DNA of 64,000 nucleotides from a virus. Lineage: Duplodnaviria; Caudoviricetes. The position numbers and the translations under genes are program-made. Position 1 is the stretch's first letter; every line of letters begins with the position of its first letter. Of this stretch, positions 20,212 through 29,913 are shown piece by piece. The stretch is taken from positions 44,395-108,394 of IMG/VR virus record IMGVR_UViG_2599185230_000001; one strand, written 5' to 3'. The notes under the pieces are model-generated. The model saw only the letters and a program-made list of their open reading frames with translations, did not search any database and was not told the DNA's origin.

Positions 20212-20747
20212 GGCGTTCCCCTCCTTTGTAAAAATTCCAACATCTGTTCCGCCTGGATCTCCAGTTCTTCCACGGAGCCTTCGTTCCACAACTCAAAGTC
20301 CGTTACGAAAGTGTTAATATGCCTTTCGGTTTCGTGGTCAAGGTCGGCGGGTTCGAATTCGTCACCGACGGCCCGCATGCGTTCCAGGCGGGTGGCGTGA
20401 GAGGCGTTTACCCGTACAATGGAAAAACCCTTATTACGTAAGGCTCTGTATTCGTTGGGCTGTCTCATGTCCGTAATAATGACACTTTTATTCCGGGCCG
20501 CTTCTATTTCATTGAAAGTGTATTTAATCCATACTTCAGGGTCATACTTGCGTAAGTCTTGGCCTAAGCCCTGGTAAAGCTTTCTGGGCTTACGGCCCTG
20601 GGTCAGCATGCCGGGAAAGGCTAGGGCACATACTTTGCGTATTCCGTCGGCAAAGGCAAAGCTTTGAAAGTTATGAATGTCGGCTAAATATTGGGCCACC
20701 GTGTCCTTGCCGCTTCTCATTCTTCCGGTCAGGGCAATTTTTAATAC
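20199..20747 (-). CDS. Deoxynucleoside monophosphate kinase-like P-loop protein
   Basis: KIALTGRMRSGKDT (frame open upstream of ATG 20720), FADGIR, DMRQPNE, HETE. Confidence 0.8.
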   Translation of the reverse strand, partial: VLKIALTGRMRSGKDTVAQYLADIHNFQSFAFADGIRKVCALAFPGMLTQGRKPRKLYQGLGQDLRKYDPEVWIKYTFNEIEAARNKSVIITDMRQPNEYRALRNKGFSIVRVNASHATRLERMRAVGDEFEPADLDHETERHINTFVTDFELWNEGSVEELEIQAEQMLEFLQRRGTPWVA

Positions 20748-20762
20748 GTCAATCCCTTCTAT

Positions 20763-20993
20763 TTAAACCTCCCGCCCTTCTTCGACAGCCAGCCACTGTT
20801 CAAGCTGTTTAATTCGTTTGATTAGGTGTTCATAATAAGCCCGTTCAATAATGTCCAGCCGTTCCAGAATGTTTTGCATGGAAAGGGGCTTTTCAGGGTC
20901 GGCCAGTTCAATAATATCCGCCTCGAATTCTTCCAACTCGGTTTTCAGGTCAGCCAGTAATTCTTTGTAGCTTATTACGTTGTCATTTCTCAA
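20763..20993 (-). CDS. Hypothetical protein
   Basis: Acidic helical ORF; GGAG RBS before TTG at 20993. Confidence 0.55.
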   Translation of the reverse strand: MRNDNVISYKELLADLKTELEEFEADIIELADPEKPLSMQNILERLDIIERAYYEHLIKRIKQLEQWLAVEEGREV

Positions 20994-21495
20994 CTGTCGT
21001 TCTCCCTTCAAATTTAAGCCACTTAAATTCTTGGGCCTGAATTTCATAACACATTTTCCCGCCCCACAGCAGAAAGGCTACGGGTTTTCTAGTTTTGCGT
21101 ATTCGTTCCAGGTCAACGGTCTTTAAGACGGTAAACACCGGGCTATCCGTTTCGTAGCCGTTCACCCAGATAACGGAGGCCCTTTGTTTTAAATAACTTT
21201 CTAACTGGTCAACTTTAAAATGAAATCTTAAAAGCCTTTTGTTATTAAATTTTACTTCCACGGGTTGCCCGTTTAGCTTAAAGTCCGCCAGGGTGTTCAC
21301 TTCGCCCCGCTCCAACAGCTTGCCGGAGTTATCGCAGCCGTTGTCTTCAACCTCTAAAGCTATCTTGTATTTCATTTCGTAATAACGGACGTACCAGCTA
21401 ATAATTTCCCGTTCAACTCTGGTTCCCTGGGCTATGTCTTCGGCAAACTGCTCCACGGTGCGGTTGTCCATTCGATAACGGTCAAAGGCGTACAT
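20983..21495 (-). CDS. PD-(D/E)XK-like hypothetical protein
   Basis: E...ADF...VEVK motif. Confidence 0.55.
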   Translation of the reverse strand: MYAFDRYRMDNRTVEQFAEDIAQGTRVEREIISWYVRYYEMKYKIALEVEDNGCDNSGKLLERGEVNTLADFKLNGQPVEVKFNNKRLLRFHFKVDQLESYLKQRASVIWVNGYETDSPVFTVLKTVDLERIRKTRKPVAFLLWGGKMCYEIQAQEFKWLKFEGRTTVEK

Positions 21496-21522
21496 GGTGT
21501 CACTGTTTCCCCCTTTTCGCTA

Positions 21523-21553
21523 GCTATCTACCGGAAAAGGAAGGATTTGTGAC
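21523..21553 (-). promoter_or_regulatory. Phage-specific promoter motif, copy 1 of 5
   Basis: gctatctaccggaaaa-N9-tgtgac on the plus strand. Confidence 0.75.
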
Positions 21554-21581
21554 ACTTTTAAATTCTCTTATCAATACCCCT

Positions 21582-21616
21582 TGTACTTGATTACGTACTT
21601 TGAAACGTGCTATAAT
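21582..21616 (+). promoter_or_regulatory. SigA-type promoter overlapped by an 18-bp operator
   Basis: TTGATT (21587) ... TGcTATAAT (21608-21616); operator tgtacttgattacgtact at 21582-21599. Confidence 0.65.
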
Positions 21617-21644
21617 ACTTACACTAGAAGGGAGGTCGCACACA

Positions 21645-21866
21645 TTGGCCTTAACGATACGTATTAAATTGAAGGAAGTTTTGGAAAAAAGGGGGTTAAC
21701 CCAGACGCAATTGGCTGAAATATCCGGTGTTCGCCGCCCCTCCATTTCCGAATTGGCCACAGGTGCCCGCACGACAATAAACAAACAACACTTGATTAAA
21801 ATAATGGAAGCTTTAAATATAACAGATATTACAGAAATAATAGAAGTCGTTGAAACGAAAGGCTAG
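21645..21866 (+). CDS. XRE/Cro HTH regulator on the opposite strand to the prophage
   Basis: LTQTQLAEISGVRRPSISELATG; GGGAGG RBS before TTG at 21645. Confidence 0.88.
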   Translation: MALTIRIKLKEVLEKRGLTQTQLAEISGVRRPSISELATGARTTINKQHLIKIMEALNITDITEIIEVVETKG

Positions 21867-22507
21867 GCGGCCTTTTGGGAGTGTTTGCCGCAACGCCCGT
21901 GGCTTTCCGGGCAGTACCCCCGCTCGTCGCCCCTGCAGCCCAACCCGCTAAATATAACGGGCATTTGGTCTTTTAGGATCTCAGCCATCTCATAGGCCAG
22001 CCCTCTTATTTCCCATTCCGCCCGTAAACAAAGGCGAAGCTGTAAAAACTCGTAAAGTCCCTGGAAATTACCGCTTATTATTAAATCAGTGGTGGCACCA
22101 AGGGGTAGCAGCATCTTTGAAATTTCCCTGCTGTGTTCGGTGCTGTAACCCCTTTTGTCTTTGTTCCAGCGTTCGTAGATGGCGGCCAGTGTGTTCAAGT
22201 CCTTGCTGTAATCCAGCCGGTCTTCAGGCTTTACATAAGGAGGCACGATGTATAAGGTGTCTTCGAAACTGCAATACCGGCTTGATTTCACGGTTAGATT
22301 AATATGTGGGTGTCTTGACAATTGCCTTAAAAGGCTTTGGCTTACCCCTTCCACCAGAAAGGACGCCATGCCGTGACGGGCGATACTGCGGTGGCCGCTG
22401 TCCCATACCCGCCCTATAAGTTCTTCACTTTCAGGGCTTTGGTAGGGCATGGCCGCCGCTTTTTTAATAACGTCAAGGGGTGTGCAGTCTATTAATGACA
22501 CTTTCAA
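21863..22507 (-). CDS. thyX: FAD-dependent thymidylate synthase
   Basis: GHRSIARH, RQLSRH, SSRY, LRLCLRAEWEIR. Confidence 0.9.
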   Translation of the reverse strand: MKVSLIDCTPLDVIKKAAAMPYQSPESEELIGRVWDSGHRSIARHGMASFLVEGVSQSLLRQLSRHPHINLTVKSSRYCSFEDTLYIVPPYVKPEDRLDYSKDLNTLAAIYERWNKDKRGYSTEHSREISKMLLPLGATTDLIISGNFQGLYEFLQLRLCLRAEWEIRGLAYEMAEILKDQMPVIFSGLGCRGDERGYCPESHGRCGKHSQKAA

Positions 22508-22512
22508 AGTCC

Positions 22513-22668
22513 TCAGCCTCCTATGAATGTATTTGTTAGAATTGTCAAAGCCACTACCGCTTCTTCACGGCGAACTTCAAAGCCAAAAGAAACTACAAAA
22601 CACAGGATTAGGGCTATAACGATAAGCAAGCTTATTATTACAAGATCTTTACCGGCTTTAAGGTTCAT
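22513..22668 (-). CDS. 51-aa membrane protein (not in the ORF track)
   Basis: MNLKAGKDLVIISLLIVIALILCFVVSFG...; fills the dut-thyX gap exactly. Confidence 0.55.
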   Translation of the reverse strand: MNLKAGKDLVIISLLIVIALILCFVVSFGFEVRREEAVVALTILTNTFIGG

Positions 22669-23154
22669 TTACGCCACCCCCTTTCCCGTACTCCCAAAGC
22701 CGCCACCACCACGTTCGCTTTCATCTATAAATGACACTTCCATTAATTCGGTTTCATGGTGGACAGGGGCGAATACAAGCTGGGCTATTCTGTCTCCCGC
22801 TCTAATGCTATATTGCTTTTGGCCGTGGTTAATTAGAATTACACCCACGTCCCCAGTGTAATCAGCGTCAACGGTGCCGGGGCTGTTCAAAACGGTTATG
22901 CCGTGTTTAAGAGCCAGTCCGCTTCTCGGCCTTACCTGGGCTTCCATACCTTTGGTCACCTGAACGGCCAACCCCGTTCTAACAAGGGCTATTTGACCAG
23001 GCCACATAATAAATAACGGTGCTTCAACGTCATAGGGCTTCTTTTCCCCAGGCCGTATAACGTCCAGTGCGTGCAGGTCGAAGCCGCTTGCCAGGGCTGT
23101 TTGCCGCCGGGGAATAATCGCGTTTTCATGCAACTTCTTAACGATTACATTCAC
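22669..23154 (-). CDS. dut: Trimeric dUTPase
   Basis: SGFDL, RPRSGLA, GTVDADYTG, RIAQLV, RGGGGFGSTG. Confidence 0.95.
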   Translation of the reverse strand: MNVIVKKLHENAIIPRRQTALASGFDLHALDVIRPGEKKPYDVEAPLFIMWPGQIALVRTGLAVQVTKGMEAQVRPRSGLALKHGITVLNSPGTVDADYTGDVGVILINHGQKQYSIRAGDRIAQLVFAPVHHETELMEVSFIDESERGGGGFGSTGKGVA

Positions 23155-23231
23155 GGCGTATCCCCTCCCCCTGGTAATGACACTTTAATTATGAGTTTTA
23201 GCATTTACCTTGCCTCCTTTCTTCTTCGTAA

Positions 23232-23262
23232 GCTATCTACCGGAAAACTGCAAAGATGTGAC
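23232..23262 (-). promoter_or_regulatory. Phage-specific promoter motif, copy 2
   Basis: gctatctaccggaaaa-N9-tgtgac. Confidence 0.75.
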
Positions 23263-23296
23263 AAGGCAAAAAAAGGAGGCCCGAAGGCCCCCGGAT

Positions 23297-25204
23297 TTAA
23301 GCCGCATTTTTAAATTTTCTTTTTGGGTATTCGTAATTCTTACGGGTGTCGCCCCAACTGGAAACCTTGGTAAAATATCCGATTACACGGGTCATGTAGT
23401 CCGTTATGGGTTCACCGCAGATAGGGCAGGACGCACCTGTGCCCACAACGGTTGTGTGCCCCTGGGTGCATACCCCAAAGCCGTAGTTTATCGCGAAGTG
23501 TTCCACGCCTTCTTTTAAAGACAGTCTTAACAGCCTTTCCATTGTGGCGGCGTTTTCTATGCAGTTTTGGATATTTAAGTGCAAGATACCGCCGCCGGAA
23601 ACGTGCTTCATAAAGCGGCCCGTCAGTTTGACACGTTCCACGGCGTCAATTTCGGCAATAAGCGGAATGTACTGGTTTGAATATAATTCAAAGGGTTGTT
23701 TCTCAAGGCCGTAAATTACCCGATCTTTGCGGGCCAGCGTAATGGACGTGCTTTCAGCCGGGATTTCTTCCGTATTGAAGCTGTGCCCCGTTGCTTTTGA
23801 GAAGTCCAGGGCGTAGCCGTCCGTCATTTTCAATACATTTTCCGTAAAGTCCTGGCCTGCGGCGGTTTCCATAGGTAGGCTCATAAAATGGGTCATTTCA
23901 TAAAGGCCGTGAATTCCGATGGTGCTGAAAAACATATCCAAAGTAAACCACTTCAAAGGCTCAAAGAATTTCAAGAAACCCCGTTCCACACGGCGGCGGA
24001 GTATTTCTTCACGGTGTACCAGTAATAGATCACGGGCCATTTTTAGCCGCTTGTCTAACAGCTTGTAAAAGGTTCCTATGTCCCCGTTGGCGTCTAAAGC
24101 CAGCCGGGGGAAGTTTAAAGTAACAACACGGTGGGCACCGATATTTAAGCCCCCGTTGCCAAAGGAGTCCGCCCTGTATCCCATGCGTTCGGTGTCGTTA
24201 ACAAAGCGGCAGCACATGGCGATTTTGCTTCCCTCATTGGCGTAAATATTAAACACGCCTTTGGAACTATTTGTGCGGGCCACGAATTCCGTAAAGTCTT
24301 TGTCCTGGGGTTCCCTGTTTTCGTCTACCGATAAGTTAGCGGTCATTACGGGAAAGCGGTAAGGCAGTCCCGTCGTTGGATCACCTTGAGCGTGAAATTC
24401 AGCTATAATTTTTTGAACGTGCATGATATAGTCCACGTCTATAGCCGTACCGTCTGGGTAACGGTATTCAGCAAACAGTTCTTCTAAGTTCACACGGTCA
24501 AAAATGGAAATATTACTGAAAGGGCTTTGGCCCGACACCCTAAATTTATTGTTCATTACATGGGTAAATTTTTGCCACTGGTTACGAATGTATTTACGGT
24601 CGGCCATTTGTTTGGGGTTTATACCTTCCCGTTTCAAATACCAGCAAAGGTTCACGATAAAGTCCCCAGGGGCTACAGCCCCGACGAATTCCTGTGACAA
24701 GTCCATTGTGGTTTCGATTACCTGGGCCACAAAACTATCCGAACGGTTAGGAGGCGTGCTGTGTAGTTGCCCGTAGGGCCGTCCTTCTATCATCAATAGG
24801 GCCGTGCTATAGGCGAAGCAATAGGGCACTTGTATTCCGTAGCCGCTTGCGTCGTGAAAGTATAATTCGCCCCGCCATATAGCCGTCAGTAATTCATTGG
24901 CCCTGCGGGTATTAAAGCGTTTCTTGGCATACCGCCACAATAAATAATAGCCTTCCAGCTTTAAAATGCCTTTCGTTACCTCGGCTTGGTAGTTGTTGGC
25001 GGAGAGTTCCTCATTGGCGTTGGCGTTCATGTCCACACTACTATCCGCCAGCCTCATGGTGAAATAGTCGTGGGACATCTGGCCCGCATCAACTTTACGG
25101 GGGCTAATACCTTCCAGCCTTAACAGCCTGCGGCCTACCGGGTCATTTACGAATTTACGGTATAAACGGTCAAAGCCGTCCTCAAATGTTACATTAATAA
25201 TCAA
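23297..25204 (-). CDS. nrdD: Class III anaerobic ribonucleotide reductase without ATP cone
   Basis: YFHD, PYC, MCCR, IPAES, SGG, CPICG Zn site, TRVIGYF glycyl-radical loop. Confidence 0.92.
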   Translation of the reverse strand: MIINVTFEDGFDRLYRKFVNDPVGRRLLRLEGISPRKVDAGQMSHDYFTMRLADSSVDMNANANEELSANNYQAEVTKGILKLEGYYLLWRYAKKRFNTRRANELLTAIWRGELYFHDASGYGIQVPYCFAYSTALLMIEGRPYGQLHSTPPNRSDSFVAQVIETTMDLSQEFVGAVAPGDFIVNLCWYLKREGINPKQMADRKYIRNQWQKFTHVMNNKFRVSGQSPFSNISIFDRVNLEELFAEYRYPDGTAIDVDYIMHVQKIIAEFHAQGDPTTGLPYRFPVMTANLSVDENREPQDKDFTEFVARTNSSKGVFNIYANEGSKIAMCCRFVNDTERMGYRADSFGNGGLNIGAHRVVTLNFPRLALDANGDIGTFYKLLDKRLKMARDLLLVHREEILRRRVERGFLKFFEPLKWFTLDMFFSTIGIHGLYEMTHFMSLPMETAAGQDFTENVLKMTDGYALDFSKATGHSFNTEEIPAESTSITLARKDRVIYGLEKQPFELYSNQYIPLIAEIDAVERVKLTGRFMKHVSGGGILHLNIQNCIENAATMERLLRLSLKEGVEHFAINYGFGVCTQGHTTVVGTGASCPICGEPITDYMTRVIGYFTKVSSWGDTRKNYEYPKRKFKNAA

Positions 25205-25656
25205 TCCTCATGCCTCCTTACAACTCTTTGATTACTGCTCGCCGGGAAGCCCTCTGCGTGAAGGTCCTGTCTGTACGGCCCCGCCACTATAACGTCCGCC
25301 AGTTCTTTAATTGTGGCCGGTATTTCGTCCGGTTCGTACCCCGTATAAAGCCAGCTTTCAATATTTGTTCCCCGTAGGAATTCCAAAAGGTCTTCCAAAG
25401 CTTCAGGCTGTTCCAGCGGCTCTCCGCCCGCCAGCACGACGGCTTCGTACCAGTCGCGGTTCCGCCATATGCGGTCTTTAATTTGCCGGATGTCCAGTTC
25501 CATGCCGCCGTCAAAAGGCTGTAGCTCTGGGTTATGACAGCCGGGACAGCGTTTTTTACATCCCTGGAAGAAGACCGTAAAGGCCAGTAAGTTACCCGCA
25601 TCAATGGTAGATATGTCGGTAAAGCCGCCTACGGTAATTCTCATTTTTATAACCAC
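25201..25656 (-). CDS. nrdG: NrdD-activating radical SAM protein
   Basis: FQGCKKRCPGCHNP, GGEP, LYTGY, SSNQ. Confidence 0.9.
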   Translation of the reverse strand: MVIKMRITVGGFTDISTIDAGNLLAFTVFFQGCKKRCPGCHNPELQPFDGGMELDIRQIKDRIWRNRDWYEAVVLAGGEPLEQPEALEDLLEFLRGTNIESWLYTGYEPDEIPATIKELADVIVAGPYRQDLHAEGFPASSNQRVVRRHED

Positions 25657-26015
25657 CCCCGCAAAACAACTTCTGTGCTAAGGGTTTCCAATAAGGTTAA
25701 AATCTCGGTTAGTTTTACTTCCAAATCTAGTGATTTGGTTGTTAAATTATTGATTAACAAGTAATTCATTGATCCGTAGCTAATTTGAGTCTGGGCCATT
25801 ACTTGATTAACTCGTATTAGTTCTACCCGAACCCGTTCCCCCTGAAGGGTTAACGTATTCATCAGGCCAACAGCGGCGTACCTCAACAAGTCATGGTAGG
25901 ATACAAAAACATTTATTTCAGGAAAGTACATGCCTTCCTCAGAAAGGGTCATTTCTTCGCCGCCGTCGTTGCCGTCTTCGCCATCCCAGTTGAAACCTAT
26001 ATCCTTATATGCCAT
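25647..26015 (-). CDS. Hypothetical protein
   Basis: 122 aa, coupled to its neighbours. Confidence 0.6.
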   Translation of the reverse strand: MAYKDIGFNWDGEDGNDGGEEMTLSEEGMYFPEINVFVSYHDLLRYAAVGLMNTLTLQGERVRVELIRVNQVMAQTQISYGSMNYLLINNLTTKSLDLEVKLTEILTLLETLSTEVVLRGWL

Positions 26016-26016
26016 A

Positions 26017-26352
26017 TTAAGAAGCCCCCTTTTCTTTTATGTCCTGGCCCGTTATGGCCCATTTTTTAAATCCTTGCCTGTCTACCCATACCCATAATTC
26101 GAAGTCTACATTGTCCAGACCGTATTCAAAAATGACACTTTGAATGGCGGTCACTTCCTTTTTATAGCCGGAGAAAGAAAGTTTTTTGGTGCGTTTGCTT
26201 TGTACCGCAATAATGCGGTCACGGCGTAGGCCCAGCACGTCAATTTTGCTGTGGCTGCCAGCGGAACGAAGGACTAAAAAGCCTTGTTCCGCCAGTTGCT
26301 CCATAATCTTTCTTTCTACCTCGTAACCCCTCTGGTAATTAGTTCGGGCCAT
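26017..26352 (-). CDS. Hjc-type Holliday junction resolvase
   Basis: GYEVER...GFLVLRSAGS..IDV...AVQSK. Confidence 0.8.
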   Translation of the reverse strand: MARTNYQRGYEVERKIMEQLAEQGFLVLRSAGSHSKIDVLGLRRDRIIAVQSKRTKKLSFSGYKKEVTAIQSVIFEYGLDNVDFELWVWVDRQGFKKWAITGQDIKEKGAS

Positions 26353-27257
26353 TACGAGGCCATCTCTTCGCACTGGGTTTTATAAGTGCAAAAAATACAC
26401 TTGTCAAATTCAGCGGGGAGGATTTCGCCGTTATATCGAGCTTCCGCCACTTCTGCATATTTGTCCAACAGGGCTTCCCGTTGGTTGTCCGACACCTCTA
26501 CGCAAAAGGCCCGGAGGTCGGGTTTGGCGTTTTCGTTTTTTGTCCAGCTGTCTTTGGCCAGGCTTTCGTAGACGATTAAAAACTCACGCAGGTTAAAAAT
26601 CAGGGAATAAGCTATGCACTGTTGTTTATGGCTTTCTTGGGCGTCCCTCATTTTGTAATCACCTATGCTTGATATGGTGGTGGATTTCGTTTTGAATTCC
26701 AAGCCCAGCTTTGTGGCGTCGGGAGTGTATTTAAGCACGCCGTCCATCATGCCGTATATTTGGAAACGGACGCCCCGGTGTTCAAACTGTTTTACCTGCC
26801 TGATGTTCTTTTCCCAGGCCGGGCGGCCAGCCTTTGTTCTTACCACTTCAAAATTTGGTTTTTCTAAGTATTTTTCTGCATAAAGCAAGTCTTTTTGGGT
26901 TGCGGCATGTACAGCACTTCCGTTTCGCATTTGCCGCCGTTGGAACGGGTAAAAGGTTTTCGGGTCGCCTTGCAGCTGGCACGCCTTGTAAAACAGTTCC
27001 CGTTTACATTTAGAGGCCCCTGATGGGGAGAAGGTCACAAGGCCGTTTGTGAATTTTAAGTGGGAAGTGTCATTTTCCAGGGCCAATCTTTCATCCTCCA
27101 ACAATAGCCGTTCAATTTCCATATCAACGGGCGGGTTGATACTGTGAATGTCGTTTAAATGCCTGACTATATCCCTGGCCAAAACATCGCACCGTTCAGC
27201 GTTTTGTATCTGTTCACGAAGAAGGGCGGCCCCTTCTCGGTTGGTTAAGCGGCCCAT
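26352..27257 (-). CDS. Cas4/RecB-like PD-(D/E)XK exonuclease
   Basis: FSPSGASKCKR, GMMDG, LEFKT, QCIAY, C-terminal CIFCTYKTQC. Confidence 0.8.
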   Translation of the reverse strand: MGRLTNREGAALLREQIQNAERCDVLARDIVRHLNDIHSINPPVDMEIERLLLEDERLALENDTSHLKFTNGLVTFSPSGASKCKRELFYKACQLQGDPKTFYPFQRRQMRNGSAVHAATQKDLLYAEKYLEKPNFEVVRTKAGRPAWEKNIRQVKQFEHRGVRFQIYGMMDGVLKYTPDATKLGLEFKTKSTTISSIGDYKMRDAQESHKQQCIAYSLIFNLREFLIVYESLAKDSWTKNENAKPDLRAFCVEVSDNQREALLDKYAEVAEARYNGEILPAEFDKCIFCTYKTQCEEMAS

Positions 27258-29512
27258 TTGTATTCCTCCTTTTTAATGCCGTCGCCCCAGCGGGTCATTA
27301 CTTCGGTGTCCACTTTGACGGGCACGGTTAATTTCGTGGCCTGGATCATGCAGGCTTCCAGCTCGTTCACTTCGGCCAGTGTTACGGTGTTATCCACTAA
27401 CAGCAGGGCTTCGTCGTGAACAGTGCCGTTGATGGCCCAGCCTTTGGCTTTACAATAGGTGTACAGGTTCAGCAAGGCTCGCTTCATAATGTCGGCGGCG
27501 GTTCCTTGAATTCGTGCGTTTACAGCCATGCGGCGAACACGTTCCACATCGCCTTTAACGGCTATAAAGCTGTGTTTTAAATCCCTGGGAATGTCTTTTC
27601 TTGTCCAATAGTCCAGTGGTACAGTTGCAGTCCCGGTAATGGCACATATTTGGGCGACCAGCTTATCGTAAATAACGGCCTGCTCACGGTGGCCGGGGAA
27701 GCGGCGTTTTCGCCCGTAAAGTGTCGTAACGTATTCCCGTTCTTTTACTTCCTGCCAGGTCGCTTTAATGAATTCGTACACCTGCGGGTATTCACGGTAA
27801 AAATCTTCAATGAATTGGTGGGCTTCTTCCACGGTAATGCCCAGTTGTTCGGCCAGTGTCCACATGGAAGTCCCGTACATTACCGCCAAAAGGCCCACTT
27901 TCATAGCCTTTCTGTATTTTGTGCCGTCACCACATTCGGCCAGCGGCACTTTAAACACACGGGCCGCCAGGGTGCTGTAAAGGTCTTCCCCGTTTAAATA
28001 AGGTTCCATGAAGTGAGGGTCGCCGCTCATGTGTGCCAGTACACGCGGTTCGATTTGGGAAAAGTCAATGCCCAGAATTAACTTGCCGTCGGGGGCTATG
28101 ATTAGCCGTCTTGCCCTGGGCGGAAGGTTTTGGAGGTTGGGTTCACGGCTTGCGAAACGTCCTGTAACGGTCGCTACTTGATTAAAGGTGCCGTGCAGTA
28201 AGCCGTCCGCCTGTACGATATTGGGCAGAGCCTCAACGTAGGTGCCCAGTAATTTGGTGTATTCACGGTATTTCAGTAGGACTTCAATACCTGGATGCTC
28301 GTTTTTAAGAGCTTTAAGTGTCTTTACATCGGTGCTTCTATCTTTGCCCCGCTTCTTGCTGGGGGGCAGGCCCAGTTTGTCGTATAACACTTCGGCCAGC
28401 TGCACGGGAGAATTGAAGTTAATTTCCCCGAAGTGTCGTTTTAACTGATAGCCCAGGTCTTCAATTTCTGCCTTTAGTTCCGGGCCGTATTCTTGGGCAA
28501 AGTCCTGGTCAATTAGAAAGCCCGTTTGTTCCATATCAACGCAGACTTCTACCAGGGGGTTTTCTATTTCGTCATAAAGCTTTTCAAGGTCAGAAAGTTT
28601 GGCAAGGTGTTTTTTCTGCCAATTGTAAAGTTCCCAGGTTAAATGCGTGTCTTTGGCCGCGTATACCAGGGCCACGTCCAGAGGCACTTCATCAAAGGTT
28701 TGGCCTTTGAACAAGTCTTCGAAAGTGTCACTATCACCGTCGAAGCCAAAATATTTTCCGTATTTGGTGGCCAGTTTTTTCAATGCGTTGCTGGGTTCGT
28801 TTTCGTTTAAAATGGCCATGGCCACCATTGTGTCATGGGCCAGACCCTGTAGGCGTACCCCGTAGCGTATCAGCATATGAATGTCAAATTTGGCGTTATG
28901 CAGCACTTTGCCCAGGGCTGGGTTCGTGAGGTGCCTCTTAAGACGGTTTAGCACGTAATTTGTGCGAAGCTGGGGGCCAGCCTCCATATGCTTTACGGGA
29001 ATATACACGTGGTAATCAGCCTGGGGCAGGGTCAACGACAGGCCCACCAGTTCGTCTTTGTAGACATTAACGCCCGTGGTTTCAGTATCCAGGGCTACAA
29101 TAGTTTCAAGGTCAAGGTCGTTGATTAATTGGTCAAGCTGTTCTTCCGTCCTGATTAAGTGATAATTGTCAGGCTTGGCGGTCAATAGCCTTTTTATTTT
29201 GTCGTCCCGCTGCAGCCGTTCCAGTTCCCTGTATTTAGCTTCAATTAAAACGCCGCTTATTTTTTCCGGTGGGGTTTCCATGCTAATGGTGCCAGCCTCA
29301 CAGGCCGCCTTTACCTGTATAGCCCGTTCCCTTTTGGCTGCGTTGTTTTTAAACTGGGCTTGGCCGAATAACTGTGCCCAGCGGCCATCCCAGTCGGTGG
29401 CTTTTTGCCGGGCTTTCTTTTTGGTCTTGGCATCTTGCACACGGGCGGCGGCCTCCTTTTCCTTGAAAGCCGCCTTTTCCAATGCTTGGGTCATGTCCAG
29501 ATTTAATACCAT
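27245..29512 (-). CDS. Family A DNA polymerase with 3'-5' exonuclease
   Basis: DTETTG, HNAKFD, YAAKD; DFSQIEPR, KVGLLAVMYG, TVHDE. Confidence 0.95.
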   Translation of the reverse strand: MVLNLDMTQALEKAAFKEKEAAARVQDAKTKKKARQKATDWDGRWAQLFGQAQFKNNAAKRERAIQVKAACEAGTISMETPPEKISGVLIEAKYRELERLQRDDKIKRLLTAKPDNYHLIRTEEQLDQLINDLDLETIVALDTETTGVNVYKDELVGLSLTLPQADYHVYIPVKHMEAGPQLRTNYVLNRLKRHLTNPALGKVLHNAKFDIHMLIRYGVRLQGLAHDTMVAMAILNENEPSNALKKLATKYGKYFGFDGDSDTFEDLFKGQTFDEVPLDVALVYAAKDTHLTWELYNWQKKHLAKLSDLEKLYDEIENPLVEVCVDMEQTGFLIDQDFAQEYGPELKAEIEDLGYQLKRHFGEINFNSPVQLAEVLYDKLGLPPSKKRGKDRSTDVKTLKALKNEHPGIEVLLKYREYTKLLGTYVEALPNIVQADGLLHGTFNQVATVTGRFASREPNLQNLPPRARRLIIAPDGKLILGIDFSQIEPRVLAHMSGDPHFMEPYLNGEDLYSTLAARVFKVPLAECGDGTKYRKAMKVGLLAVMYGTSMWTLAEQLGITVEEAHQFIEDFYREYPQVYEFIKATWQEVKEREYVTTLYGRKRRFPGHREQAVIYDKLVAQICAITGTATVPLDYWTRKDIPRDLKHSFIAVKGDVERVRRMAVNARIQGTAADIMKRALLNLYTYCKAKGWAINGTVHDEALLLVDNTVTLAEVNELEACMIQATKLTVPVKVDTEVMTRWGDGIKKEEYKWAA

Positions 29513-29523
29513 GCGTTCGCCCC

Positions 29524-29913
29524 CTATGCTATTTTCTTATATTCCCAGCTAGGCAGGGCTTTAGGATCTTTCACGTCGTTCACATAGTCGTCCAGCCGAA
29601 GCCGAATCACATTTCCATTCAGGTCTTCAACGGGAATGAAATAGAAAGTGTCATTTTGGGGGTCGGAAATGGCCACCACATCAATTTCTTCTTTGCTGTA
29701 GGGCCGGTTTGATTTGGCCACAATGGAACGGTTTTGATTTTCCACACTTCCGGTCTTTACTTGCACCCGTAGGACATGGGGCCATTTTACGGCAATAAAG
29801 TCGCAGCGTTCCACCGTTGTGGGATAGTACGTTGACCAGCCTTCTTTTAAAAATTCCAGTTCCGCTGCACGTTCGGTAATTACGCCAATGTGGTAAGTGT
29901 CACGCACAGCCAT
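29524..29913 (-). CDS. Group I intron-associated type PD-(D/E)XK endonuclease, free-standing
   Basis: G.ITE, CDFIA, RVQVKT, YSKEEIDV, FYFIPV. Confidence 0.75.
   Translation of the reverse strand: MAVRDTYHIGVITERAAELEFLKEGWSTYYPTTVERCDFIAVKWPHVLRVQVKTGSVENQNRSIVAKSNRPYSKEEIDVVAISDPQNDTFYFIPVEDLNGNVIRLRLDDYVNDVKDPKALPSWEYKKIA

Noticed and set aside
26352-27257. Cas4-like nuclease as evidence of CRISPR-Cas
   Set aside because: It lies between PolA and a resolvase with no other cas genes; this is a standard phage exonuclease context.
23297-29512. Introns or inteins in nrdD or polA
   Set aside because: Both ORFs are continuous and of normal length, with no splicing motifs.
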